Below are positions 39,143-53,299 of a stretch of DNA of 64,000 bases, one piece after another (within the stretch, counting starts at the first letter, position 1; the number at the start of each line of letters is the position of its first letter). Position numbers and translations under genes: made by a program. Source of the DNA: Bugula neritina (lineage: Eukaryota > Animalia > Bryozoa); the NCBI GenBank assembly GCA_964035545.1, contig OZ037769.1, positions 16,088,633-16,152,632 of the forward strand, given 5' to 3'. The notes beneath the pieces are model-generated. The model was not told the origin of the DNA and did no database searches. It saw only the letters and a list, made by a program, of their open reading frames with translations.

Positions 39143-39845
39143 GTCTGCTAGTCATGTGACACTAGCAGTACAACCACTTGTTATTCAGTGTCACAGCTAC
39201 ACACAGAAGAGTACAGTATTACAGTCTGCTAGTCATGTGACACCAGCAGTACAACCACTTGTTATTCAGTGTCACAGCTACACACAGAAGAGTACAGTAT
39301 TACAGTCTGCTAGTCATGTGACACCAGCAGTACAACCACTTGTTATGTTATTCAGTGTCACAGCTACACACAGAAGAGTACAGTATTACAGTCTGCTAGT
39401 CATGTGACACCAGCAGTACAACCACTTGTTATTCAGTGTCACAGCTACACACAGAAGAGTACAGTATTACAGTCTGCTAGTCATGTGACACCAGCAGTAC
39501 AACCACTTGTTATTCAGTGTCACAGCTACACACAGAAGAGTACAGTATTACAGTCTGCTAGTCATGTGACACCAGCAGTACAACCACTTGTTATTCAGTG
39601 TCACAGCTACACACAGAAGAGTACAGTATTACAGTCTGCTAGTCATGTGACACCAGCAGTACAACCACTTGTTATTCAGTGTCACAGCTACACACAGAAG
39701 AGTACAGTATTACAGTCTGCTAGTCATGTGACACCAGCAGTACAACCACTTGTTATTCAGTGCATGTCACAGCAGTAGACAGAAGAGTAGAGTATAGCCT
39801 GCTAGTCATGTGACACCATACAGCAGCATTGCTACTTGTTATTCA
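39143..39845. repeat. 81-bp minisatellite, about 8 units (about 2 units at 12890-13022 and 24020-24160)
   Basis: gtcatgtgacaccagcagtacaaccacttgttattcagtgtcacagctacacacagaagagtacagtattacagtctgcta, nearly identical units. Confidence 0.92.
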
Positions 39846-41417
39846 GGAAGTTAAAGTAGCAATAAGTGTTACTATGGCTATTAGGAGTGATATTGTCCCA
39901 CAAAGCTGCACTATTGTTTGTATATTAATGTTAGTATTAGCTTTATATTATAGGGGTAGATTATTTTATAACTGTTGCAGTGTGAAAGTAGAATTGAAAT
40001 ACATCAGGGTGTGAGAATATTTGAAGATGGAGGCTGGAGCATTGTTATATTATAGCTGGTATATATAGTAACTGTCAATATACAGCAGCATATATTTACA
40101 GTACAGCTGAGAGTGGAGCTTTATTTGCCCTGAAAGGTGTGAATCAGTATAACAGGCATGTTTTGTATAATACAAGCCCTGCACAGCACTGGGTAGAATT
40201 ACACTGGAAGAACTAAAGGTACCAGACGTGTAATTACTATTCAAAAAGTAGAGGTGGTCAAAAGGTGGCAGGCATTATCTCAGTGTGAGAAGAAGTGAGT
40301 GAATAATATAATGAGAAATATAGTAAAGTGATAGTCATAGTCCAGTTTGTATGATAATAATATTATAATATAATGAAGAGAGAGTATCATAATGAGGGTA
40401 TATGAGAAGTATAATAATTATAGACATATAGGAGAAGGTATTAAGACTATGATAGAGCCAGTAATATAAAGGTATAACAGTATATATATATATATATTGA
40501 GATTATATTACATAATGAGCATCCTGTACAGAGAGAGGAATATGAATAGGAAGCTAAATAGTTACAGTATATCACCAAATAACAAATCTCTCAGATTGTA
40601 AAATGTAAGTATATTATGGGAGAAAAACTCTGTCATGTAATGGATTAAATTAATAAAAATAATATAGCATAGAATAACATAATATTATATTATATTTAGT
40701 TGTATAATGAAATACTAGTTCATTGTTAGCATGTGAGACCAGTACATGACTGAATTCTTTACCATTTGGTGATTCACTATAACTATACCAAGCATGAGCT
40801 GGAGTTGTCTTATTAGAAGAGATGTGACCTGGAAATACTATTTCTATATTTCTTTTACCAATAACCTTTACTATCAGTGTTATTGACTCACAAGAAAGGT
40901 TGATTTGGAAAATTGTTTGAAGATATTAACACCATGCACTCGCAATATTTTATTTTAGTAACAAGTTATATACTAATGTATCATATGCTGAGTAAATTTA
41001 TATATGAGCTCTCAAGGTTTTAATAATTACACTATTATAATTTATTGGGAGTTATCTGTTCTACAACATCATAATATTATTACAGTATTATGATGCTGTA
41101 GAAGTTACTTTCTCCTGAACTAACACATGGCTGTTACATAAATTATTCATGGTATTAAGTGTTTCTACTATTAAAGTTATTTCCTTTGAGAATTCAATAC
41201 ATGAAATAAAATACTTTTCAAGTTGATTTGCTCACCAAAACAATAAAAGATAGAAAAGGAAAAAGGATATCACAATAAAATAATATAATAAAATATTTCT
41301 TTACTTGGTAATGCACAACATTAGGTTTACATAACTTGGAATTCAACGTTTTTGGGTATAACCCAAATATGAATTATAGATGTGCAGCTATATTTCTATA
41401 ATTCCAGCAATAATATA

Positions 41418-43411
41418 GGGTCATTCCACGCCAACTCAACAAGGTTTTTGGAGATTTTCACAGATCGGTCTCAGATTTTTTTGAGACTCTAGTATATGGG
41501 ATTCCGAAATATGTCAATAGAAAAAATATCAAGTATTAGCCCTTAATTCCTAATAGTTTTGTAGTTATGGCACTTTTTGTGAGCATGCAAAGGTTGGTAA
41601 AAAATCGGTACTTTTTCATGGGTTTGTGGATTTATATCCCCGGAAACCATTTAAGACAAACCTTTCATACTTTTATTGATGATAGTTCTACATGATTTTA
41701 TTTAAATTAAAGCAAAAGATTTGCTATAAATGTTGAGAAAAATTTTCTGTTGCATTACATTCTCAGGTCGATTACTTGGTAATTTTTCAAAATCGTCAAT
41801 TTTTAGGCACCTAAAACTCACCTTTTACAAATAGCTATGATCTTGATATTTTTAGCACCTAACAACTATGTTATATGTATCACATTAAAAAAGTTTCAGC
41901 TTTTTACTGGCATAAGTTTCATCACAATTGCGTGTTGAAATCTTGAAATTTTGAAATTATGCACTATTTCATGAGGAGAAAACTCAATGTGGGAATAAAT
42001 TATTTTTTAAAAAAATAGTTTCATTTTAAAGATTTTGGTGTATGTTATATTAAAAACTGAACATTTGTATATTGTTCCTTCATGGAAAAATTTTAGATTA
42101 AATTGACGAGTTTTTTTTATTTTCGCCTATATTTAAAACTACAACTTAATTATACGCAGTTGCTGAAACATGCACAAAGACATAAAAATACCAAAATTGT
42201 TTATATATTTTCTGCAATCATTTTCATAACATTCAAATTTAATGTGGATATCAGTAATCATTGTACTTCATAAGATTGATTGAACTGGGTTCATTTTAGG
42301 TAAACCAGTAAGTGGTTAAAATTTAAAAACAAAATGGATTCAAATCTAGTAAATGAGAAAAGGAAAATTTTATAATTATCATTTATTATTGAATGGCATA
42401 TTTACGAAAGTTTGCACAAAACTTTTACATAAAGGCTGAATAATATCCATGAGAGGAAGGTTGCGTCATATGCCTGTAGGTATAGTGCTTCTTTCCATTG
42501 AATGTAGTTGGTGTCCTAACATAACAGAGTATACACATTGTTTTGGTGCCTAGCCTTTATCCTCTATAAGGGAAGGCCAGTGAAATGAGTGGGTATGTCC
42601 ATAGGAATGCATAAATTTAATGAGTGAATCATTTTCTTCCTCAAATCTTGTTGGGAGACAACCTACTCACCAGTTCTCATCATATGTGCATCTGTTAAAA
42701 TGTTCCACTCCTGGGCGAACAAATTTTATCATGTTTACATATAAAGTAAACCTTAGATGAAAACAGCAGTTTGTATTGTTGTATTATTTGCTGATATTCT
42801 CTTGGCAGTCGGTCCTTTGCTAACTGTAAGGGTAAAAAATGATATTCACAGGTACCAGACACGGACTTTGCAAGTGAGAAGCGAGCATATTTTGAGATGG
42901 GAATGATTAGTGATAAAAAAACAAGTCCACAAAAACAAGCCTTGGGGAGTTAACAAATGTCTGGGAGTTACTGCTTGCAAATCTGCTTTAGCAGCTTTTC
43001 TTTTAATCGTGCCAATTACGCCATCTCAGGCATTTATGTCATGACTGGTTGAAAAAGAGTTCCCCTTATAAGCATAAAATCTGAAATCATTTTCACGAGC
43101 CACGAAATTTGCAACTTTTTTTAAAATTCTTATATTGGGCAGCTGCTCCGTCATAGAAATGATGGATTTTCTTCAAGTGGGAGACATTTTCTTCACAAGA
43201 TTCACGCCTGTTTTCTGAAACATGCTGATAGAAACAGTGTCATGTTGCAGTCACTTATTATACACATGCAGTAATTAGGTTTAATCTCCCAATCTTCGAC
43301 AGGATATGCAACTAATATTTAATATTTTTTCAATTGACATGTTTTGGAATACTCTATATACTAAAATTTCGATTTTGGTTTTGGCCTTGTTGAGTTGGCG
43401 TGGAATGAACC
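41418..43411 (-). mobile_element. Non-autonomous DNA transposon, Sola2-like, with decayed transposase
   Basis: 27-bp TIR GGGTCATTCCACGCCAACTCAACAAGG (1 mismatch), TATA both sides, empty site at about 14255. Minus-strand remnants KKIHHFYDGAAAQYKN, FSTSHDINA*DGVIGTIKRKAAKADLQ and KFMHSYGHTHSFHWP. Superfamily assignment is from recalled motifs and the GRG termini/4-bp TSD. Confidence 0.75.
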
Positions 43412-44035
43412 TATAGCAAAGTAGCATAAATATATAATATATATATTTAAAAGTAGTGAAATTATACTACACACTATTATTATATTATTCATTTATACAC
43501 ACTGAATTGAGTATATGGGTTATTAATAGGCTACATATAATGTATAAACAAACTGAATGTGATTATCTAAAGCTAGACAATTCTTTCAGAAAGCTACACA
43601 AAGAGAATAAGATTTAATATCAATGTGTATCTATATTATGGCCACCTGCTAACAAGTCTTAATATAACTTATGCATAATTAATGTACGTCTCAATACAAG
43701 CTTTAAACAAATAATCATAATATTGATTATGTTTATATTCATCATGTGTAGCTACAAGCTAATTTATAATTGTGTGATAAACTTTCTGAATGCCTCCATT
43801 GAGAATTATAATTAAGCGCAGAAATGAAGACCATAATAGCACAGGTATGCATATTGTAATTAGGTTCATGGAATTGCTCCCCTGATTATCAATAATGCAG
43901 AAATTCTAGTAAATAGGTTATTGATTTTGTATATCAGTTGATGTCTGCTTGATTTCACTAGTCAATACATTGTTTATACCCCAATTCATTATTACGATAT
44001 ACTTATAACCCATTAACATATATGTTATTCTCATT

Positions 44036-44801
44036 CACCTGCTCTCCATGTATCGATCTCAGATCGATCTCAGCCAGATCGATCCATGGAAAGACGTCAA
44101 AGATCGACCTCCATCGTCTGTAGAGCTCGAACTCAGATCGATCTCAAGGCAATGAGACCATGGAAAGATGAAAGAAGTTAAAAAATACTGTTTGCTACAA
44201 TGTTGTCTGCTGATAAAAATGATAACTTATTGATAATTACTAAGCAAATTACTTAATAATTATGATAGCCACCTTTTCAGATGCCAAAACTTTGACTTTC
44301 AGTACTATGATTAAAAAAACTCAATTATATAAAATTATATTCCGTAGAAATTACCAAAATTTGGAGCATTTAAATTGAATTTAAATGGCTAGTAAAACTT
44401 ACTTTTATTACTTATTTGCTACGTAATTTCAAGCTTAACAATCCTGTAAGTTTATGAATAATTTGCAAGATAGCTATTAATTCTATTTAAGCTGTTGAGC
44501 TAAAAAAATAAACGCGATTATTTTAAATTGGCTATATTACTTTACACTAAAAGCTTTGTTGCGTATTGTTTACAAGCCCCATTAATTTTTAGACAGCAAC
44601 AATCTTGTTTTTTAACTGCAGCAGCTTTAATCATCCAGATTTGTGAACAAATTATACTACTAAAGTAATCTTCAATTAAGAGGAGGCAATTCCGTGAGAT
44701 CGATCTGACACTTTTCATGGAAAAACCATCTGAGCACATTTCTCAGATCGATCTCTGACTTTCCACGTATTGATCTGAGATCAATACATGTAAAGCCAGT
44801 G
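44036..44801. mobile_element. MITE with CAC..GTG termini and 3-bp TSD (CACTA/CMC-like)
   Basis: Imperfect TIR cacctgctctccatgtatcgatctcagatcgat / attgatctgagatcaatacatgtaaagccagtg; ATT both sides; many subterminal agatcgatct motifs. Confidence 0.65.
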
Positions 44802-45249
44802 ATTTAGATTGTTGAATCCATTATAGAGACTGTTGAAGACTACAGAGACAGTAGACATGCTTCGTGAAAGTATCTCTGCTTGATAAATTTTCAGGTCGGA
44901 GAGGGTGGTAATTGTTTGGTAAAGGAAAAAAATATATGTGTGTATATGTATGAATATAGGAGTGCATGAGGAGTGGTGCATGCATGGGGAGCATGTGAAG
45001 GGGGTACAAATGAAAGGGCAGAGAATAATGTGAAATGTAATGAAAGCATGAAACCCACCAAGTGGCAGCATGACAAAATACATTAATTTAGTCGAATATT
45101 AATTACTCATGCATGAGAAAACAATATGCAAACATTGATTATTAGAGAAATAAAAATTTATACATATAAACCCACAAGTGATAATTGTAATAATGTTCTT
45201 TTTTTATTTACTAGATTTAAATCTATTGAGCTTTTAAATTCTAACAGTT

Positions 45250-47840
45250 TACCGGTTTTGTTAAAATGAACCCAGTTTAATCAATCTTATGAAGTATAAT
45301 GATTACTGATATCCAAATTAAATTTGAATGTTATGAAAATGATTGCAGAAAATATATAAACAATTTTGGTATTTTTTATGATTTTATGCATGTTTCAGCA
45401 ACTGTATAAAGTGTAGTTTGAAATATAGGCGAAAATAAAAAAAATCGTCAATTTAATCCAAAATTTTTCTATGAAGGAACAATATACAAACATTCATTTT
45501 TTAAAATAACATAATATGTACCAATATCTTTAAAATGAAACTATTTTTAAAAAAAAATTCGGTTATACCCACATTGAGTTTTCTCCTCATGAAATTGTGC
45601 GTAATTTAAAAATTTCAGGATTTCAACACGCAATTGTGATGAAACTTATGACAGCAAGAAGCTGAAACTTTTTTAATGTGATACATATATATACCGTAAA
45701 ATGGGGTAACATTGGCCGTTTTGAGACTTATTTTGGGTGTCATATGAAAGGATTACAATATTCTTTAAAATTTTTGGATGCTAAATGAAGCTTATCAACA
45801 TATGCACTAAATGAAAGAACCATTTGCAGTTTGGGACTGCTAGATCTCCTGTGGTATTAAAAAAAGTAGGTGGCCAAAGTTACCCTATTTTCGGGGTAAC
45901 TTTGGCCGGTGTCGTTATTCTCCATGTAGCTAAAGTTAGCAGCACTTGGAGCTTTTTTAGCCAGTTAGAAATTAAAGAACAACATTATTCAACTTCATTA
46001 CTACAAAAAAAAAATTATTTTAGACAAAATGCAAGCTATAATAGTGTAATTATTGCATTGAAACCACAGCTATTCGAGGTACATTGTTAATAAGTGTAAA
46101 AACTTTTGTATATGTATAAAAAATCATGTATTTTGCTGGCAACATTGAATAAATCACTGTACAAGTTCAAATTCCATTGAATTTAATCTTAAATTCAAGT
46201 ATGCCCTTTCAAACTATAGGCTGTGGCAGTTGTCTGTAGATTTTTTAAATAATGCGTAATGTCTTCAGAATTAACTGTTGCCCATTCCGGTGCTATGTTT
46301 TGGCACAACCTGTGAGACAAGCTATCTTTATGTCTTGACATAAAACTGAGACTCCAGAGATCTTGAGGGTAGTTGCTTTTGAAATGTTGCACTCTTCTTT
46401 CACATTTGTCAAAATAGGTCTTGACTATTATTCGAAAGTCTGTTTTATCTAATGGAAAGCCCCATTGAGCCAGCTTTGTAGTAGGTATGGTCAACAATGG
46501 CTACCTCCTCTACTTGTGATAACACAGTTTGGTGTCCAGGCTTCAGCTTGTGTCTTCATGCGGCTCTGTTTTGTAGTGTTCCTTTGGTAATATCATATTT
46601 CTAGCCACTTCTTGTCAAGACTTTCCAGCTGTCAATTCTTGTGAATAAAGCAAAACCAATGATCTCCTCAGATATACCATATCTTGGAGATGTTACTTTT
46701 CTTTAATATTTTCTGAGTATAATTGTCTTGAAAAATACATTTTACAATGCATGGTCAAATTATTATATAAAAAAAAACATTTTAAACACAAAATTGCTGT
46801 CTGGGAACAAAAATGCATAATTCCCCATGTAATTATTTCATATTTCGGACTCTAAGTTGTTTCAAATATATAACTAAAGCATTGGGTATAGGTAAATCAA
46901 ATGATTGTGCCTTTAGAGAGTAATGTACTATGTGTCTGAAGTAACAAAAAATTCGCAGCGCTGCCAGAAACCTACTTTGGAGTACCATTTAGTCATGGCC
47001 AAAGTTACCCCAAATTCGTCAAAAATTGTACACAGTGAATTCAAGACACATATTTTGATTTTGGATTTCAATTTATTTACCTAAATTACAAATATCCTGG
47101 TTAAAAACTTACCAAAGTTCTTTAATACAAAAAAGAAAATGAGTCCAGCTTTTCTAATGCCTTCAAATAGATTAAAGTTGGACAGCGCTGAAAATCTTGT
47201 TGTCAAACAGGAAACTGAAAATGGCTGACAGCAAGAAGCAGCAAATAAGTATATCAATTATTTTTCAGGAATAGGATGCACCAATCTACAGTCAGTGCAT
47301 ATATACAATTAAAATATCTTTAGACTCCATAGATATAGCACCAGCTACATTTTAAACATTTTTTCCAAAGTGGCCAAAGTTACCCCAAGTGGCTAAAGTT
47401 ACCCCATTTTACGGTAATATATTTTTTAGGTGCTGAAAATATCAAGATTATAGCTATTTGTAAAAGGTGGGTTTTAGGTGCCTAAAAATTGACAATTTTG
47501 AAAAATTACCAAATTTTTGGCCTAAAAACGTAATGCAATAGAATTTTTTTCTCAGCCCTATACGGCAGACTTTTTGCTTTAATTTGAATAAAATCATGTA
47601 TAACTATTATCCATAAAAGTATGAAAGGTTTGTCTTCAATGGTTTCCAGGATATAAATCCACAAAGTTGACCTTCGGTACTGAAACCCATGAAAAAAGTA
47701 CCGATTTTTTACCAACCTTTGCTCACAAAAAGTGTCATAACTACAAAACTATTAGGAATTAAAGGCTAATATTTGATATTTTTTCTATTGACATGTTTTG
47801 GAATACACTACTGAGTTTGTTGTTTGTTGAGTTTGCGTGG
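45250..47840 (+). mobile_element. Second, inverted partial copy of the Sola2-like element, interrupted by a pogo-like element
   Basis: 45250-45690 and 47417-47840 are the reverse complement of about 42310-41430; ends in a TIR remnant gttgagtttgcgtgg. Confidence 0.75.
45694..47414 (-). mobile_element. pogo/Tigger-like (Tc1/mariner superfamily) element with truncated transposase
   Basis: TIR CCGTAAAATGGGGTAAC / GTTACCCCATTTTACGG, TA both sides, internal ggccaaagttaccc repeats. Remnants YDITKGTLQNR (HTH-psq-like) and LAQWGFPL...FKSNYP...WSLSFMSRH (CENP-B-type HTH, 46195-46497); no DDE domain seen. Confidence 0.85.
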
Positions 47841-49779
47841 TAGCATAAATATATAATATATATATAAATGTAGTGAAATTACACTACACACTATTATTAT
47901 ATTATTCATTTATACTCACTGAACTGAGTATAGGGTTATTGATAAGCTATAGGCCTACATATAATGTATAAACAAACTAAAGGCGATTATCTAAAGCTAG
48001 ACAATTCTCTCAGAAAGCTACACAAAAAGAATAAGATTTAATATTGATGTGTATATATATTATGGCCACCTGCCAACAAGTCTTAATATAACTTATGCAT
48101 AATTAATGTACGTCTCAATACAAGCTTTAAACAAATAATCATAATATTGATTATGTTTATATTCATCATGTGTAGCTACAAGCTAATTTATAATTGTGTG
48201 ATAAACTTTCTGAATGCCTCCATTGAGAATTATAAGCACAGAAATGAAGATCATAATAGCACAGGTATGCATAGTGTAATTAGGTTCATAGAATTGTTCC
48301 CCTGATTATCAATAATGCAGAAATCCTAGTAAATAGGTTATTGATTTTGTATATCAGTTGATGTCTGCTTGATTTAACTAGTCAATACATTGTTTATACC
48401 CCAATTCATTATTATGATATACTTATAACCCATTAACATGCATGTTACTCTCATATAATGTTGAATTCATAGAAACTGTTGAAGGTTACAGAGACAGTAG
48501 AGTTCTAAAGAGACATAAAATATACACTTCTGTATAGAAAGAGTTATATCAAGTTACAACTTATATATATTAAACTATTTATACTTTATGAAGACACACT
48601 ACATTGTAATCTGTCGAATGGTAAGTTACTATTATTATAATATGAAGGAGGTGTTACCATGTATGTATGTGATATGTGTTATACTATTTACATTATTCAT
48701 TCTTGTATACCAAATTTATTCTTAATGATTTACAGAACCCGTAACCATGGTAACCTAGCATGATTTAAACTAAAGAAGAGAAAGCTGCTTCTCGAATAAA
48801 GAATAAAGATCATGGCATAAACTCTTCAAAGGTAAAAATATACATACATATATATTATACTATATGCAGTTAAATATATGAAACTTATATAGTTTATAAA
48901 GCTATAACAGATTATCTATCATATATATGTATGTAATATTAAGCGTTCCAAACCAACATACTGATTATACCTTCTCTAAAATTAGTATTACGCTTTGCTA
49001 CAACATTGTATGTTAATTGCGCATAGTACCATGAATATATAATATATATATTTAAATGTAGTGAAATTACACTACACACTATTATTATATTATTCATTTA
49101 TACTCACTGAATTAAGTATAGGGTTATTGATAAGCTATACTTATAATATATAAACAAACTAAAGGTGATTATCTAAAGCTATGCAATTCTCTCAGAAAGC
49201 TACACGAAGGAAATAAGAGTTAATGAGTTATACTTGCTGGACTATATATAGACATGTTGTATTGATCTGATAGAGGATAACTCTGTACAGTCATGTGTTA
49301 TATTGCTAGGAATCTGAGGCTATTCTATAGAACTAGTGCTACATAGATATATTTATGTTTATATAAGGAGGTAATTCACATAATGCCTGCTGTATACTTT
49401 GGCCACCTGCCAACAAGTCTTATTTATATAATATAATATTTTCTATGCAAGCTTTAAACAAATAGTTTAATGGATTGCATATTACTATTCACCTTTTGTA
49501 TTTACAGTTTTTATAACTGTGTGAAAGATTTCTTAATGAACAATTTCATTTTCAAATTTTTACATGCATGAAAATTCTAATTAGGGTCATAGAATTTTGT
49601 TCTTTGATAACCAATGACATAGAAATATTAGTGAATAACAATTTGAGTTGCTATTTGTTTATGTCTGCTTCATTTAATATCTCAATACTTTTTATACTCT
49701 AACATTCATTGTGTGTTGCACTCTGGTATTTAACTCATTAACATATATGTTATTCTCATAGACTGTTGAATCCATAGAG

Positions 49780-51052
49780 ACTGTTGAAGGTTACAGAGAC
49801 AGTAGAGTTCTCAAGAGACATAAAATATACACTTCTGTATAGAAAGAGTTATATCAAGTTATAACTTATATATTAAACTATTACTTTATGAGGATATATA
49901 CTACATTGTAATCTGTTGAATGGTAAGTTACTATTATTATGATATGAAGGAGGTGTCACCATGTATGTATGTGATATGTGTTATACTATTTACATTATTC
50001 ATTCTTGTATACCAAATTCATTCTTAATGATTTACAGAACCCGTAACCATGGTAACCTAGCATGATGTAAAATAAAGAAGAGAAAGCTGCTTCTCAAACT
50101 AAAAATAAAGAACATGACATAAATTCTCAAAAGGTAAAAATATGCATACATATATATTATATACTATATGCAGTTAAATATATAAAACCTATAGTATAAA
50201 ATTACAGATTATCTATTATATATATGTAATATATATGTAATATATAGCGCTCCGAACCAACATGCTATAATTATACCGTCTCTAAAATTAGTATTGCGCT
50301 TTGCTACAGCATTGTATGTTAATTGTGAATATGTTGTCTGTGTTTAACGGATTGCTCAATCTTAGTTTATTACAATCACATTATAATTATGAACTATAAT
50401 CTAATGTGTATGCAAACAATTGTGGCTTTGCAAAGGGATATGTGCCTAGAAAACAGCTTTTCAAAATTCCAATTTTGAGGGAGGTAAAACTTTCAGCCAT
50501 GAAAAAGAATAGCCTAATACGTGACGTGTGAACGCCAGTAACTATGCTGCACGTGCTAACTATAACGCTAGTATTCAAAGTTGCTGAGCACAACATCAAC
50601 CAATAACGCTCAAGCAGTTACAGTGCGCTATATAGGTCAGCTTTGGTGTGCCCGCAATATTGCACAATCTAACCTAGTTTAGATCGATCGCAGGCATTCA
50701 TCCTAAAGGATGCATGTTTTTGCAAGGCTTTTTTCTAATGTTTACAAGCAAAATATAGTCTAATGTTATCACGTACACGATGTTATTTAAAATGTCAAAA
50801 AACTATAGATTGATATAATTCACATTTGCACTTCTATAAATATACAAATTACAAGCTAAAAAATTACATCTCACAGCCATATTTCTATAGTTATTCATTT
50901 GTATAGTCACGTGACCAGCAGGAATGCTGGCGCTGTTACGTCACATTTCCCAGCTCATTTCAAAATCGGCGTTTTGGCTGTTACCAATCTACACCCTCAA
51001 CTTCAACTAACTTTTTCTACCTTTGGTCAAATGCTTTTTGTCAATGCACGCT
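49780..51052 (+). repeat. Near-identical segmental duplicate of the copy-2 upstream region (15240-16506)
   Basis: Only scattered substitutions by eye; ORF-track peptides 15844-16056 and 50387-50599 differ at 2 of 70 residues. Confidence 0.9.
50043..50056. promoter_or_regulatory. RFX X-box-like palindrome upstream of copy 4 (duplicate at 48741-48754)
   Basis: GTAACCATGGTAAC; donors at 50134 and 48832. Confidence 0.45.
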
Positions 51053-51119
51053 TAGAAAAACACAATACTATGTGTGTTTGACCTAAATGGCCATTGATTA
51101 GACAAGATAGAGCAATCCT
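50348..51119. mobile_element. Kolobok-like MITE (TTAA TSD)
   Basis: ttaa|(a/c)ggattgctcaatctt ... aagatagagcaatcct|ttaa; termini AGG/CCT rather than piggyBac CCY. Confidence 0.65.
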
Positions 51120-51331
51120 TTAATTAAACAATTAATGTTCGAGCCTGAGTAGATATATATGTTTTATTATTCAATGTTCTCAGATGTATATTAATGTTCT
51201 ATTGAACTGATTATATATTGTTAAACATCTACCACAATACTACATTATACTATATGATAAATGATGACTTATATAAACTGTAAACTCACCTTTATTATTC
51301 AACACTCAGGTACAACATAACATGGTGAATC

Positions 51332-51421
51332 ATGGAGGAGCACATTGCTGAATTAGAGTTACTTTTAATAAAACACTTGGGAAAAGCAGAAAAAACAGGA
51401 AACTGGGTTGACTATGTCAAA
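51332..51421 (+). CDS. NTase-TPR gene copy 4, first coding exon (MEEHIAELELLLIKHLGKAEKTGNWVDYVK); rest presumably beyond the window
   Basis: Acceptor ctcag 51309, ATG 51332, donor AAA|gtaaaa 51422. Downstream 52548-52594 matches the copy-2 intron at 16504-16550. Confidence 0.68.
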
Positions 51422-52608
51422 GTAAAATATATATTTCATTATGAATAATATTGTAAATATATACTTATTATAAAATGATTAAGACCTAGAACATATTATA
51501 AGTATATTAAAATATAATATTATTATATTACATGCAGGAGTTACAGTAAATAAATATTATAATTATGCCTTATATATCTGTAGACATAAACAAATGATCA
51601 ATATTATGATTAGTGAGGTGCTGGAGTCACAAAATAATGAATAAAAATCTTATCTTTATTAGAATACACTGAAATATCTTCACTAAACAATTTTATATAA
51701 CATAGCTTGCTTTAGAAATATACTAATTTTATACTTCCATAGTTTATCCGTGCTTGAAGACATGTTAATTTAAAATTGAATCACTTTCAATGCATTTGTT
51801 AAACAAAGTGCACTACTTAAGGAATTTATTAAATTAAAAATTAAAAGTTAAGAATTATTTCATTTTGAAGTCTTCTTTCACTTATAGGCGCATAAAGCAA
51901 ATATTGATAAATTGATGGATTATTGATTTCCACGCAGAGAAGACAGCTGCAAATTATTATAACATTACAACTATGGGATGTAAAAGTTATTGACTTAAAG
52001 ATAAAAGCAATTAAAAGAAGAAAACTCTCTTTTAAATATATATCTCTAAAATAATTATACAAACTAATTTGAAGAATAAATATTTAAGCCGTCTATTTGA
52101 ATTTTTAGTTTGATATTTTTGTAATTGATGAAAGATAGATTTTTAAGCTATAGCGAGGTTTAATATATAAACTAGCCGGATAAAGATGCTTTGATCTATT
52201 GAAGCTATGGAATTGAGTAAGTTAAATTAACAATGTCAATTAAAAATAACTGCAGCAGAAAAGATTCTTTAAGTTTTAGTACCATGTGTTAACTCATTGG
52301 ATATTGCTGTCCAATAATATGACATAGATTTACCCAATCAAGAACTTTGAGAACTGTTCTCTGGCCAATAGGAGCCCAACGTGATTTTTTGAATCAAGCA
52401 GTGTCTGATATTGCCATAACGTTTACCATGGTATGATTCAGCCTGGATGTTTTTGAAAATGGCTGACATTTGCTATTACGGCCTACGTTAAGGCAAAGTG
52501 TGTCTATAGGGGATAGCCGAGTGTGTCTTATAGGGATATAATCTGCAGCTAATACTGAGCTATAAGTGATAATCATTTTGATAACACCTTGCTAAAGCTA
52601 CATGTACA

Positions 52609-52914
52609 CAGGCCGATTTTTCATGAAAATCGGCCGATAAACTGTTAGCGATTTTTTAGGATTTTTGAAAAATCGGCGGTTTTTGCTTTTGGCCGATTTT
52701 CGAAGTGATTTTCAAAATTGAACATGTTCAATTTTTCGCCGATTTTCTGTGGAACCAGCCAATGAAAAGGTGACAGAAAATTATGACAGCGAGCAAAGTT
52801 AACACCACTGTTGAAATACAACCAGGAAGTAATTAATACGTTGCTATCACTATGATACATCATATATGAAATACAATTAAGTAAAATAACTATCAATAGC
52901 AGTAGTAGTAATGG
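52609..52914. mobile_element. Left end of a putative hAT-like DNA element that hosts the Gypsy insertions
   Basis: Homology to the copy-2 intron stops at catgtaca, followed by CAGGCCG and several ccgatttt/aaaatcgg subterminal repeats. Other end not in the window. Confidence 0.4.
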
Positions 52915-53299
52915 TGTAGTGAGTCATGCAATGTACTAATATGAGAATCGTCTGCTCTCCGTTCGGGGAATACTAAGGCCCCTATGTAGCAACCAATCAG
53001 CAGCACCGGAAGAGATGCTTCCGACTCATGTGACAATTCCCGGGCAATTAACATTGATCACGTTGTTATAAGCGAGGGCTTGAAGTAGAAACATGTGTTA
53101 GTGGTTGACTTATGTATAGGATAATTTGATGTAATGTTTGCTTTGTATTTTATTGTGGATAATAAACATAATTACTCGACAACTACCCTAGTAATTGCTA
53201 GTAGAATAGCCAACTAAATACGCAAGTAGATAACTCACGCACAGTTTTTGCACGAATTACTACAGTGGTGGCAGCAGTGGGATCTTGCGTATAACAGTC

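Noticed and set aside
39156-39778. 27-aa repeat ORFs on the plus strand
   Set aside because: By-product of an 81-bp unit divisible by 3; non-ATG starts, broken by a 5-bp insertion, not kept in paralogs.
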